The notes: generated by a model not told the origin, from the sequence alone. A DNA stretch of 64,000 nt from an uncultured Clostridia bacterium (GCA_947629555.1 CANRED010000002.1:3071-67070); one strand, 5' to 3'. Positions 39,666 to 49,705 are shown, counted from the first letter of the stretch. A program made the numbers and translations.

Positions 39666-41189
39666 TTGAGAACAACTAATTCCATAAAAAATGTTATAAT
39701 ATCTGTAATATCTAATTTAATCTCAGTAATATTTGGTTTTATTACACAAAAAATATTATTACAACAACTGGGAGTAGAAATTCTAGGTGTTAATAGTTTA
39801 TTTACTAGTATTATGTCTATGATGGCAATTGCAGAATTGGGATTTGGTGTATCAATACTATATAATTTATATAGACCTATAGCAGAAGACAATAAAGAAC
39901 AAATCAAATCTCTTATGAACTTTTATAAAAAAAGTTATCATTGTATAGCAGGAATAATATTAGTTATTGGATTATGCATATTGCCGTTCTTAAATAATAT
40001 TGTTGGCAAAACAATAGATAATATAAATATTTATATTGTATTTTTGCTTTTCGTTGGTGATACAATTGCATCATATTTATTATCTTATAAAAGATCATTA
40101 TTATATGCATACCAAAAAAATTACATCGTAGACATTATACATATATTATACATATTAGTATTAAATATATTACAAATAATAATTTTATATTTGACAAAGT
40201 CATTTATATTATTTTTAGCATTAAAAATAGTGTGTAGATTTGCAGAAAATATTATTATATCTATAATTGTAAACAAAAAATTTCCATTTATAAAGGAAAA
40301 AAATGTTGCAAAAATAGAAAGAAACATATTAGATGATATAGTAAGAAAAGTAAAGTCTTTGTTTTTACATAGAATTGGAGGAATTGTAGTATTAGGTAGT
40401 GATAGTATTGTCATAACTAAATTTTTAGGAATAGCTACGATGGGAATATATTCTAATTATAATGTTGTGTTAAATGCACTTAATAACCTTTTAACACAAG
40501 TTTTAAATGGCGTTACAGCAAGTGTAGGCAATTTGTTAGTAACAGAAAATGAAGATAAAACCTATAATATATATAAAAAAATGAATTTTGTAAATTTTTT
40601 AGTATATAGTTTTGCAACTATAGGTATATACACATGCATACAGCCTTTAATAAAAATATGGGTTGGAGAAAGTTACTTAATAGCCCAATCAGTTCTTATT
40701 GTAATTTGTATTAATTTTTATTTACAAGGGCAGAGAAATACAATGAATGTTCTAAAAAATGCAGCAGGAATTTTCTATGAGGATAGGCATATTCCATTAG
40801 TAGAAGCAACTGTAAATTTAGTATCTTCAATAATTTTAGTTAAAATATTTGGATTAGCAGGAGTCTTTATCGGTACTATAATAAGTGTAAGTGTTTTGTT
40901 TTTATATAGCTATCCTAAATATGTATACAAGCCATTATTTAACAAACCAAAATTAAAATATATAGAAGAAATTATTAAATATTTTATACTAATGGTGGCA
41001 GTAGGAATTATTATAACGGTAATAATTAATCATATAATAATAGGAAATTTATATATGCAATTAATAGTAAATATAATTGTATGTACAGTTTTGTTTATAT
41101 GTATAAATTATATAATATTTCGAAAAACAGATGAATTTAAATATTGTAAAGAAATATTTTTAAATTTTTTATTACATAAAAAACTATAA
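39666..41189 (+). CDS. Wzx-type oligosaccharide flippase (MOP superfamily)
   Basis: About 14 predicted TM helices, 507 aa, an N-terminus typical of polysaccharide biosynthesis proteins. TTG start after GGGGAGGA. Confidence 0.7.
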   Translation: MRTTNSIKNVIISVISNLISVIFGFITQKILLQQLGVEILGVNSLFTSIMSMMAIAELGFGVSILYNLYRPIAEDNKEQIKSLMNFYKKSYHCIAGIILVIGLCILPFLNNIVGKTIDNINIYIVFLLFVGDTIASYLLSYKRSLLYAYQKNYIVDIIHILYILVLNILQIIILYLTKSFILFLALKIVCRFAENIIISIIVNKKFPFIKEKNVAKIERNILDDIVRKVKSLFLHRIGGIVVLGSDSIVITKFLGIATMGIYSNYNVVLNALNNLLTQVLNGVTASVGNLLVTENEDKTYNIYKKMNFVNFLVYSFATIGIYTCIQPLIKIWVGESYLIAQSVLIVICINFYLQGQRNTMNVLKNAAGIFYEDRHIPLVEATVNLVSSIILVKIFGLAGVFIGTIISVSVLFLYSYPKYVYKPLFNKPKLKYIEEIIKYFILMVAVGIIITVIINHIIIGNLYMQLIVNIIVCTVLFICINYIIFRKTDEFKYCKEIFLNFLLHKKL

Positions 41190-41214
41190 TTAATTAAAGG
41201 GGGAACTTTATAAA

Positions 41215-41961
41215 ATGGAAGAAAATGAAGAAAAGAAAGATGTATTATACATAGTTGTACCAGCCTATAATGAGGAGGAAAATATATTAAACGTAATTGA
41301 ACAATGGTATCCTATAGTAGAAAAATATAATGGAAAAGGAAAGTCAAGATTTGTTATATTAAATGATGGTAGCAAAGATAATACATCTAAAATAGTAAGA
41401 GAGGAAATGAAAAATAAACCATTATTAGAAATAGTGGATAAGGAAAACTCAGGTCATGGAGCAACTGTATTATATGGTTATCAGTATGCATTAGATGCGG
41501 GTGCAGATTTTATATTTCAAACTGACTCAGATGGACAAACTAAGCCAGAAGAATTTCATGAATTTTGGAAATTACGTTATGAATATGATATGGTTATTGG
41601 ACATAGAAATAAACGTGAAGATGGTGCTTCAAGAATTTTTGTTACAAAAGTTTTGAAATATGTTATTAAATTAATTTTTGGTGTAACAGTTATTGATGCA
41701 AATACACCATTTAGATTAATGAATAAAGAATCATTAAAAGAATGTAAGAAATTGATACCTGATGATTTTAATTTATCAAATGTAATTTTATCTATCGTAT
41801 ATACAAAAAAAGGGTATAAAGTAAAATATATTCCTATTACATTTAAACCAAGACAAGGAGGAGTAAATTCTATTAATTTAAAGAAAATTTTTGGAATTGG
41901 AAAGAAAGCATTAAAAGATTTTAGAGCAATTAACAAAAATTTAAAAAGAGAGGGACTTTAG
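41215..41961 (+). CDS. GT2 glycosyltransferase (polyprenyl-phosphate sugar synthase-like, soluble)
   Basis: VVPAYNEEEN, LNDGSKDNT and QTDSDGQ motifs. Confidence 0.75.
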   Translation: MEENEEKKDVLYIVVPAYNEEENILNVIEQWYPIVEKYNGKGKSRFVILNDGSKDNTSKIVREEMKNKPLLEIVDKENSGHGATVLYGYQYALDAGADFIFQTDSDGQTKPEEFHEFWKLRYEYDMVIGHRNKREDGASRIFVTKVLKYVIKLIFGVTVIDANTPFRLMNKESLKECKKLIPDDFNLSNVILSIVYTKKGYKVKYIPITFKPRQGGVNSINLKKIFGIGKKALKDFRAINKNLKREGL

Positions 41962-41962
41962 A

Positions 41963-43492
41963 ATGAAAAAGAAATTATCAAATATACTAATTGTCATAAT
42001 TTTGGCTATTATTGCATTTTTAATATGTATGAAGAGTCCAACCGATATTTTTTCAAAAGGTGAAGGATCTTACACAGATTCTAGTGTTTTTAAATATATA
42101 GGGCTAAGTATGACAAAAGGGTATGTACCATATCTTGAACTTTTTGATCATAAAGGGTTACTATTATATTTTATCAATTATATTGGAGTAATAATATCTC
42201 CTACAATAGGAGTTTGGATAATTGAATTTATTTTTATGTTTATTTCAGTATTATTTACTTATAAATTGGCAAGAAAATTTACTTCTAAACCAATTTCATT
42301 ACTCATTACTGGAATAGCATTTAGTCAAATATATAATTACTTTCAAGGTGGAAATCTCTCAGAAGAATACGCATTGCCGTTTCAAATAATTTCTTTATAT
42401 ATTTTGTTTGACTTCTTTTTAAATCCTGAAAAGTATTCTAGCAAAATACAAAAAGAAACATCAAATTTATTTAGAATAAATTTTAAATTATTTAATATTC
42501 CAGTATTTATTTGTGGAATTTGCTTTGCTTGTGTAATATTTTTAAGAGCTAATATGATTTCTGTTTGGATTGTGTTTGGAATTATGGTATTAATATATTG
42601 TATAGCAAATAAGAAATATTTGGAACTACTAAAATTTGCTTTATCATTTTTACTTGGCGCATTAGTAGTTACTATTCCTATACTTATATATCTTTTAAAA
42701 AATGGTGCATGGGAAAGCTTTATAAATGATTATATTTTATTTAATATTAAATATTCTTCTAATGCTAAAAAAATGGATAAAATTGATACATTAGTAACTT
42801 TTTTCAATACAGCGGTAACAAGATTTGCCTTTATAATAATGGCAGTAAAAGTATATATGCAGATTAAAAACAAAGAAAAATGTTATTTTAATTTAGGATA
42901 TTTGGCTTATATGTTCGTAACATTGCTTTTAATCAGTATGTCTGGATATAATTTTGGACATTACGGAATGACAATGATACCTGCATTAATATATCCATAT
43001 TGCATAATGTATCAATTTTTAGAAAAAGAATACATAAAAAATATAGGGATTAATCTAATGGTAACAGCATATTTGCTATATTCAATAATAATTCCAGTAG
43101 GGTTGCAATTTTCAGTAGATTGTTTAAGAGATATATCTAATAGACCTACAACAGCTTATTCAGATGAATTAATAGATTATGTTATTGAGAATACAAAAGA
43201 AGATGAGTTAATATCTGTTTTTGGAAACAACAATAATTTTTATTATATAACAAATAGACAGTCAGCTTCAAAATATTCTTATCAAACGCCAATAGCAGAA
43301 GATAATAAAGAAATTGTGAATGAGTATTTTAATGATTTAAGAGAAAACAAACCAAAATTAATTATTTGGGATATAGATGTTTCGTACTATTCTGAGATGG
43401 TAGAGACAATGACAGAATTTTTAGATGAAAATAATTATAAATTAGTAAAAGATGGAAATATAAAAATTTATGAGATAAATGGAGAAATATAA
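41963..43492 (+). CDS. large polytopic membrane protein, putative GT-C type glycosyltransferase
   Basis: Many TM helices followed by a soluble C-terminal domain of about 110 aa. It is sandwiched between the GT2 and GtrA genes. Confidence 0.5.
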   Translation: MKKKLSNILIVIILAIIAFLICMKSPTDIFSKGEGSYTDSSVFKYIGLSMTKGYVPYLELFDHKGLLLYFINYIGVIISPTIGVWIIEFIFMFISVLFTYKLARKFTSKPISLLITGIAFSQIYNYFQGGNLSEEYALPFQIISLYILFDFFLNPEKYSSKIQKETSNLFRINFKLFNIPVFICGICFACVIFLRANMISVWIVFGIMVLIYCIANKKYLELLKFALSFLLGALVVTIPILIYLLKNGAWESFINDYILFNIKYSSNAKKMDKIDTLVTFFNTAVTRFAFIIMAVKVYMQIKNKEKCYFNLGYLAYMFVTLLLISMSGYNFGHYGMTMIPALIYPYCIMYQFLEKEYIKNIGINLMVTAYLLYSIIIPVGLQFSVDCLRDISNRPTTAYSDELIDYVIENTKEDELISVFGNNNNFYYITNRQSASKYSYQTPIAEDNKEIVNEYFNDLRENKPKLIIWDIDVSYYSEMVETMTEFLDENNYKLVKDGNIKIYEINGEI

Positions 43493-43494
43493 AT

Positions 43495-43926
43495 ATGAAA
43501 GAATTAATAAAGAAGTATAAATCATTTATTATGTATGCAATATTTGGAATTTTAACTACTATAATTAATTTAATATGCTATGAAGTATTATATAATCATA
43601 TAGGTGTTTCAAATATAATAAGTAATATAATAGCATGGATTGCTGCAGTTGCTTTTGCATATATTACAAACAAAATTTGGGTATTTGAGAGTAAAAGTCT
43701 AGCAATCAAAGTAATATTGCCAGAAATATGGAAATTTATTAGTTGCAGATTAGCAACTGGAATATTAGACTTAATTATTATGTATATTGGTGTAGATATT
43801 TTAAGTGGACCATCTACAATATTAAAAATTATTTCTAATATTATAGTGATTATTTTAAATTATATAGCAAGTAAACTTGTAATATTTAAGAGTAAAAAGG
43901 AAGGAATTAAAAATGAAAAAATATGA
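43495..43926 (+). CDS. GtrA-family polyprenyl-phosphate-sugar flippase
   Basis: 143 aa, four TM helices, GtrA-like N-terminus (FIMYAIFGILTTIINL) and C-terminus (LNYIASKLVIFKSK). Confidence 0.8.
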   Translation: MKELIKKYKSFIMYAIFGILTTIINLICYEVLYNHIGVSNIISNIIAWIAAVAFAYITNKIWVFESKSLAIKVILPEIWKFISCRLATGILDLIIMYIGVDILSGPSTILKIISNIIVIILNYIASKLVIFKSKKEGIKNEKI

Positions 43927-45019
43927 TTACTTAATAGTAGGTGCTGGACTTTTTGGCGCTACATTTGCAAATAAAGCAAAACAGGCAGGAAAATCAGTAT
44001 TAGTTATTGATAAAAGAAATCACATAGCGGGTAATGTATATACAGAAAATATAGAAGGAATCAATGTACATAAATATGGTGCTCATATTTTTCATACAGA
44101 TGATAAAGAGGTTTGGAATTATGTGAATTCATTTGTAGAATTTAATAGATATACAAATTCACCAATAGCTAGAATAGGTAATGAAATATATAATATGCCA
44201 TTTAATATGAATACATTTTCTAAGATATGGCCAGATGTGTTTACTCCAGAAGAAGCACAAAAGAAAATAGAAAAAGAAAAATCTGAAATGGATGGTAAAA
44301 TACCAACAAACCTAGAAGAGCAAGCTATTTCGTTAGTGGGCAGAACAATTTATGAAAAATTAATAAAAGGATATACAGAAAAGCAATGGAATAGAGAGTG
44401 TAAGGAGCTACCAGCTTTTATTATAAAGAGATTGCCAGTAAGATTTACTTATGATAATAATTATTTTAATGATAAATACCAAGGGATACCAATAGGTGGT
44501 TACACTAAATTAGTAGAAAAAATGTTAGAAGGAATTGAAGTAAGGTTAAATGAAGATTATTTTGATAACGAGAATTATTATAATAGTATAGCGGATAAAA
44601 TAGTATATACAGGTATGCTAGATGAATATTTTAAGTTTTCATTAGGAAGATTAGAATATAGATCATTAAAGTTTGAAACAAAAATAATGGACATAAATAA
44701 TTATCAAGGTAATGCAGTTGTTAATTATACTGGCAGAGAAGTAGATTATACTAGAGTAATTGAACACAAACATTTCGAATATGGTATACAACCAAAAACA
44801 GTAGTAACATTTGAGTATCCAGATGATTGGAATCCTAGTAAAGAAGCATATTATACAATTAATGATGAAAAAAATAATAATTTAGCGGAGAAATATAGAG
44901 AATTATCTTTGAAAGAAAAAAACGTAATATTTGGAGGAAGACTTGCTGAATATAAATATTACGATATGGATGATGTTATAAAAAGAGCATTAGAATGTGC
45001 AAAAAAGTTAATAGTATAA
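43913..45019 (+). CDS. glf: UDP-galactopyranose mutase
   Basis: YDYLIVGAGLFGATFA FAD motif, GNVYT, HKYGAHIFHT, and C-terminal GRLAEYKYYDMD. Confidence 0.9.
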   Translation: MKKYDYLIVGAGLFGATFANKAKQAGKSVLVIDKRNHIAGNVYTENIEGINVHKYGAHIFHTDDKEVWNYVNSFVEFNRYTNSPIARIGNEIYNMPFNMNTFSKIWPDVFTPEEAQKKIEKEKSEMDGKIPTNLEEQAISLVGRTIYEKLIKGYTEKQWNRECKELPAFIIKRLPVRFTYDNNYFNDKYQGIPIGGYTKLVEKMLEGIEVRLNEDYFDNENYYNSIADKIVYTGMLDEYFKFSLGRLEYRSLKFETKIMDINNYQGNAVVNYTGREVDYTRVIEHKHFEYGIQPKTVVTFEYPDDWNPSKEAYYTINDEKNNNLAEKYRELSLKEKNVIFGGRLAEYKYYDMDDVIKRALECAKKLIV

Positions 45020-45094
45020 ACACAAAAGCAAAATACCACAAACGAATTCTGTTATAATAAAAGTGTATTAACTAAAATTATTTTTCAAAAATAC

Positions 45095-45123
45095 TTGCAT
45101 TCAAAAAATATTATTGCTATAAT
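45095..45123 (+). promoter_or_regulatory. sigma-A type promoter of the carAB leader
   Basis: TTGCAT (45095-45100), 17-nt spacer, TATAAT (45118-45123). Confidence 0.6.
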
Positions 45124-45172
45124 AAGTCAAGTGAAAATTTTTTAAAAAAGTGTCGAATTTGGAGGTATAAAG

Positions 45173-45298
45173 ATGAAACCATTAGTTATATCAGCAAAAT
45201 CAATAATAAATAAATTCAAGGGCACTTTTATTTCTAATTGTATATATTATTATTTGCAGAGATTGTTTTTTCAACAGTCTCTTTTTTTTGAAAAATAA
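45173..45298 (+). other. candidate 41-codon leader ORF reading through the attenuator hairpin
   Basis: GGAGG (45161-45165) lies 7 nt before ATG 45173. Translation: MKPLVISAKSIINKFKGTFISNCIYYYLQRLFFQQSLFFEK. The stop TAA 45296-45298 lies just before the carA RBS. Confidence 0.4.
45258..45289 (+). terminator. intrinsic terminator/attenuator between the promoter and carA
   Basis: AGAGATTGT (45258-45266) pairs with ACAGTCTCT (45274-45282) with one G-T wobble, followed by TTTTTTT (45283-45289). Confidence 0.65.
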
Positions 45299-45314
45299 TA
45301 GGAGGAAGGAAAAA

Positions 45315-46379
45315 ATGATAGGCTATTTAGTTTTAGAAAATGGAGAAGTTTTTGAAGGAGAGCGAATAGGATACATTAAAGATGCTATATGCGAAGTAGT
45401 ATTCAATACATCAATGGCAGGGTATCCAGAAGTATTTACAGATCCATCATATTGCGGACAAGGTATGTGCATGACATATCCGCTAATTGGAAACTATGGA
45501 ATAATACCAGAAGATTATGAATCTAAAAAAATGTGGATGAGCGCAATATTCATACATGAATTAGCACCATTGCCAAGTAATTTTAGAACACAAAAAACGC
45601 TAAATGAGTTTTTAGTAGAGAACGAAGTACCAGGATTAACAAAAATAAATACAAGAAAATTAACTAAAATATTAAGAAACTATGGAACAATGAAAGGAAT
45701 GCTAACAGATGATATAACAAACATAGATAAAATAATAGAAAAAATAAAAAATGAAAAAATAACTGGTTTAGTAGGTAAGGTAACCTGTAAAGAAAAATAT
45801 ATTGTAGGAAATGGCAGCATAAAAGTAGCACTATTAGATTATGGAGCAAAAGAAAATATAATTAGATGTTTAGTAAAAAGGAATTGCACAGTAACAGTAT
45901 TTCCAGCAGATACAACAGATATAAATGTAAATGATTTTGATGGAATAATGCTATCTAATGGACCAGGAGATCCAGAAGATTGTAAAGTACAAATAGAAAC
46001 AATAAAAAAACTATATAATTCAAACAAACCAATATTTGGAATATGTTTAGGTCACCAATTAATGGGACTTGCAACAGGTGCAAAAACAGCAAAATTAAAA
46101 TATGGGCATCGTGGACCAAATCATCCAGTAAAGGACTTAGAAACGGGAAGAGTATATATAACATCACAAAATCACGGGTACTACATACTAGAAGATACAA
46201 TAGATAAACAAATAGCAGAGGTATCTCACATAAATTTAAATGATGGAACAGTAGAGGGGTTAAAATACAAAAATAAAAATATAATGACAGTACAATTCCA
46301 CCCAGAAGCATGTCCAGGACCACAAGATTCAGAATATTTATTTGATGAATTTATAAAAATGATAAAAAACAAACGATAA
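45315..46379 (+). CDS. carA: carbamoyl-phosphate synthase small (glutaminase) subunit
   Basis: MIGYLVLENGEVFEG N-terminus, active-site GICLGHQL, and HPE near the C-terminus. ATG 45315 follows AGGAGGAAGGA. Confidence 0.95.
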   Translation: MIGYLVLENGEVFEGERIGYIKDAICEVVFNTSMAGYPEVFTDPSYCGQGMCMTYPLIGNYGIIPEDYESKKMWMSAIFIHELAPLPSNFRTQKTLNEFLVENEVPGLTKINTRKLTKILRNYGTMKGMLTDDITNIDKIIEKIKNEKITGLVGKVTCKEKYIVGNGSIKVALLDYGAKENIIRCLVKRNCTVTVFPADTTDINVNDFDGIMLSNGPGDPEDCKVQIETIKKLYNSNKPIFGICLGHQLMGLATGAKTAKLKYGHRGPNHPVKDLETGRVYITSQNHGYYILEDTIDKQIAEVSHINLNDGTVEGLKYKNKNIMTVQFHPEACPGPQDSEYLFDEFIKMIKNKR

Positions 46380-46396
46380 AAGTATATTGAAAAATT

Positions 46397-46466
46397 GTAG
46401 GGAACGACGCCCTCGTCGTTCCGTTCTTCGAAGGCATACTTAATGTGCCGTAGTGTTATAATAAAA
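46397..46466 (+). repeat. REP-like unit I (canonical) plus module 3
   Basis: GTAGGGAACGACGCCCTCGTCGTTCCG, then TTCTTCGAAGGCATACTTAATGTGCCGTAGTGTTATAATAAAA. Confidence 0.9.
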
Positions 46467-46487
46467 ATAAATAAGGAGATGCTAACA

Positions 46488-49400
46488 ATGCCAAAGAATG
46501 AAAAAATAAAAAAAGTATTAGTAATAGGTTCTGGACCAATAGTAATAGGACAAGCAGCAGAATTTGACTATGCAGGAACACAAGCATGTTCAGAACTAAA
46601 AAAGGAAGGAATAGAAGTTGTACTTGTAAACTCAAACCCAGCAACAATAATGACAGACAAGCACATGGCAGATAAAATATACATAGAACCACTAACAGTA
46701 AAAACTGTACAAAAAATAATAAAGAAAGAAAAACCAGATAGCATATTACCAAATTTGGGAGGACAAACAGGCTTAAATTTAGCAATGGAACTAGCAGAAA
46801 CCGGTTTCTTAGAAGAAAATAATGTGCGATTACTTGGAACATCACCAGAAGGAATAAAAAAGGCAGAAGATAGACAAGCCTTCAAAGATACAATGGAAGA
46901 AATTGGAGAACCATGTATTGCAAGTAAAGTAGTAACAGAAGTAAAAGATGCATTAGATTTTGCAGAAGAAATAGGGCTTCCTGTAATAGTAAGACCAGCC
47001 TATACTTTAGGTGGCACAGGTGGCGGAATTGCATACACAATGGAGGAGCTAGAAGAAACTGCCGCAAATGGACTAGATTTATCAAGAGTTCATCAAGTAT
47101 TAATAGAAAAATGTATAGCAGGTTGGAAAGAAATTGAATATGAGGTAATGAGAGATGCAAAAGGAACTTGTATAACAATATGTAATATGGAAAATATTGA
47201 CCCTGTTGGGGTGCACACAGGAGATAGCATAGTTGTTGCACCATCGCAAACCTTAGCAGATAAGGAATATCAAATGTTAAGAACATCAGCAATAAAAATA
47301 ATATCTGCATTAAAAATAGAAGGTGGTTGCAATGTTCAATTTGCATTAAATCCAAATAGTTTCGAATATGCAGTAATTGAGGTAAACCCAAGAGTAAGTC
47401 GTTCATCAGCATTAGCATCAAAAGCAACAGGCTACCCAATAGCAAAGGTTGCAACAAAAATTGCTATAGGATATTCATTAGATGAAATACAAAACGAAGT
47501 AACTAAAAAAACTTATGCTTGTTTTGAGCCTGTGCTAGACTATGTTGTAGTAAAAATACCAAAATGGCCATTCAAAAAATTCTTAACAGCAACAAGAACT
47601 TTAGGTACGCAAATGAAGGCAACAGGAGAAGTAATGGCAATAGCACCAAGTCTAGAAGCAGGACTTATGAAAGCAATTCGTTCACTAGAAGAAAATGTAG
47701 AAGATATGAACTTACCAAAATTTCAAAAACTAAGCAACATAGAAATAATAAAGGAATTAAACAATATAACAAATGAAAGAATATGGGTAATTGCAGAAGC
47801 TTTAAGAAGAGGACTAACAATAGAGCATATTCATCACATAACAACAATAGATAAATTCTTCATAAGCAAAATAAAAATACTAGTTGATATGGAAAAAACA
47901 TTAGCAAATACACCATTAACACCAGAACTTTTAAGAAGAGCAAAAGAGTTAGGATATCTAGATAAAACAATAGCTAAATTAACAGGAAAAACAGAAGATG
48001 CAATAAAGAAAATGAGAACAGAAAATAATATTGTAGCAAATTTTAAAATGGTAGATACATGTAGTGCAGAGTTTGAGGCAAAAACTCCATATTACTATTC
48101 AAGTTATGATGAAGAAAACGAAGCAAATGCTAATACAGGTAAAAAGAAGATAATGGTATTAGGCTCTGGACCTATAAGAATTGGGCAAGGAATAGAGTTT
48201 GATTATTGTAGTGTACACTGTGTATGGGCATTGAAAGAGGCAGGATATGAAACAATAATAGTAAACAATAATCCAGAAACAGTTAGCACGGATTTTGATA
48301 TAGCAGATAAACTATACTTTGAACCATTAACAAAGGAAGATGTAGAAAATATAGTAGAAAACGAAAAGCCTTATGGAGCAATAGTACAATTTGGAGGACA
48401 AACAGCAATAAAATTAACAAAAGCACTAACAGAAATGGGAGTAAGAATATTAGGAACATCAGAAAAAAATATGGATAGAGCAGAAGATAGAAAAGAGTTT
48501 GATGATGCATTAAATAATTGTGGAATACCACGACCAAAAGGAGAGACAGTATTTACAGTTGACGAAGCAATAAAGGTAGCAAATAACCTAGAGTATCCAG
48601 TTTTAGTTAGACCATCTTATGTTTTGGGTGGACAAGGCATGGCAATAGCCTATGATGATAAAGAGGTAGAAACTTTTATAAATGAAATAAATAAAATTGC
48701 ACAAGAGCATCCAATATTAGTAGATAAATATATGTTAGGTAAAGAATTAGAAGTAGATGCAATCTGTGATGGAGAAGATATATTAATTCCAGGAATAATG
48801 GAACACTTAGAAAGAGCAGGAGTTCATTCAGGAGATAGTATATCTGTATATCCAACACAAAATATATCTGAAGAACATCAAAAAACAATAATAGAATATA
48901 CAGAAAAAATTGCAAAAGAGTTAAATATAATAGGCGTGCTAAATATTCAATTTATAATATGCAAGGGACAAGTATATATAATAGAAGTAAATCCTCGTTC
49001 TAGTAGGACGGTACCATATATAAGCAAAGTAACAAACTTACCAGTAATAGATATTGCAACAAATGTAATATTAGGTAAAAAATTAAAAGATATGCCTTAT
49101 GGAACAGGAATATATAGAAGAAGCGAATATGTGGCAATAAAAATGCCAGTCTTCTCATTTGAAAAAATTAAAAATGCAGATACAAGTCTAGGACCTGAAA
49201 TGAAATCTACAGGAGAAGTTTTAGGTGTATCAAAAGATTTTTCAGAGGCATTGTTCAAGGCATTTATAGGAAGCGGAATGAAAATACCACAAGAAGGAAA
49301 TGTGCTAATTACAGTAAGGGATAAAGATAAACCGGAAATATTACCAATAGCTAAAAAGTTAGAGAAAAAAGGCTTTAACGTATATGCAACAAGGGGTACT

Positions 49401-49688
49401 GCAAAATACTTAGAAGAAAATAATGTAAAAGTAAATGTTGTAGAAAAAATATGGGAAGGACAAAATAGTATATTAGAATTAATGCATTCAGGTAAGCTAA
49501 ACTTTATCGTAAATACACCTACAAAAGGAAAAGAAGAAAGTAGAGACGGATTTAGAATAAGAAGAACTGCAGTAGAATGCAAAATCCCATGCTTTACCGC
49601 AATAGATACAGTAAATGCTTTATTAGATGTTATAGAAAATAATAAAAAAGAAGAACAAATAGAAGCAGTAAATATAATTGATGTGTAG
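46488..49688 (+). CDS. carB: carbamoyl-phosphate synthase large subunit
   Basis: KKVLVIGSGPIVIGQAAEFDYAG, duplicated ATP-grasp halves, and a C-terminal MGS-like domain. ATG 46488 follows AAGGAGA; the tracked start 46443 would read through the repeat. Confidence 0.95.
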   Translation: MPKNEKIKKVLVIGSGPIVIGQAAEFDYAGTQACSELKKEGIEVVLVNSNPATIMTDKHMADKIYIEPLTVKTVQKIIKKEKPDSILPNLGGQTGLNLAMELAETGFLEENNVRLLGTSPEGIKKAEDRQAFKDTMEEIGEPCIASKVVTEVKDALDFAEEIGLPVIVRPAYTLGGTGGGIAYTMEELEETAANGLDLSRVHQVLIEKCIAGWKEIEYEVMRDAKGTCITICNMENIDPVGVHTGDSIVVAPSQTLADKEYQMLRTSAIKIISALKIEGGCNVQFALNPNSFEYAVIEVNPRVSRSSALASKATGYPIAKVATKIAIGYSLDEIQNEVTKKTYACFEPVLDYVVVKIPKWPFKKFLTATRTLGTQMKATGEVMAIAPSLEAGLMKAIRSLEENVEDMNLPKFQKLSNIEIIKELNNITNERIWVIAEALRRGLTIEHIHHITTIDKFFISKIKILVDMEKTLANTPLTPELLRRAKELGYLDKTIAKLTGKTEDAIKKMRTENNIVANFKMVDTCSAEFEAKTPYYYSSYDEENEANANTGKKKIMVLGSGPIRIGQGIEFDYCSVHCVWALKEAGYETIIVNNNPETVSTDFDIADKLYFEPLTKEDVENIVENEKPYGAIVQFGGQTAIKLTKALTEMGVRILGTSEKNMDRAEDRKEFDDALNNCGIPRPKGETVFTVDEAIKVANNLEYPVLVRPSYVLGGQGMAIAYDDKEVETFINEINKIAQEHPILVDKYMLGKELEVDAICDGEDILIPGIMEHLERAGVHSGDSISVYPTQNISEEHQKTIIEYTEKIAKELNIIGVLNIQFIICKGQVYIIEVNPRSSRTVPYISKVTNLPVIDIATNVILGKKLKDMPYGTGIYRRSEYVAIKMPVFSFEKIKNADTSLGPEMKSTGEVLGVSKDFSEALFKAFIGSGMKIPQEGNVLITVRDKDKPEILPIAKKLEKKGFNVYATRGTAKYLEENNVKVNVVEKIWEGQNSILELMHSGKLNFIVNTPTKGKEESRDGFRIRRTAVECKIPCFTAIDTVNALLDVIENNKKEEQIEAVNIIDV

Positions 49689-49705
49689 TAATACATGAGA
49701 AAATT

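Noticed and set aside
45095-45130. ArgR/AhrC ARG box or PyrR binding loop in the carAB control region.
   Set aside because: Only loose resemblance: a single TGAAT on the minus strand, and GCAGAGA against the PyrR CCAGAGAGG loop. That is not enough to call a site.
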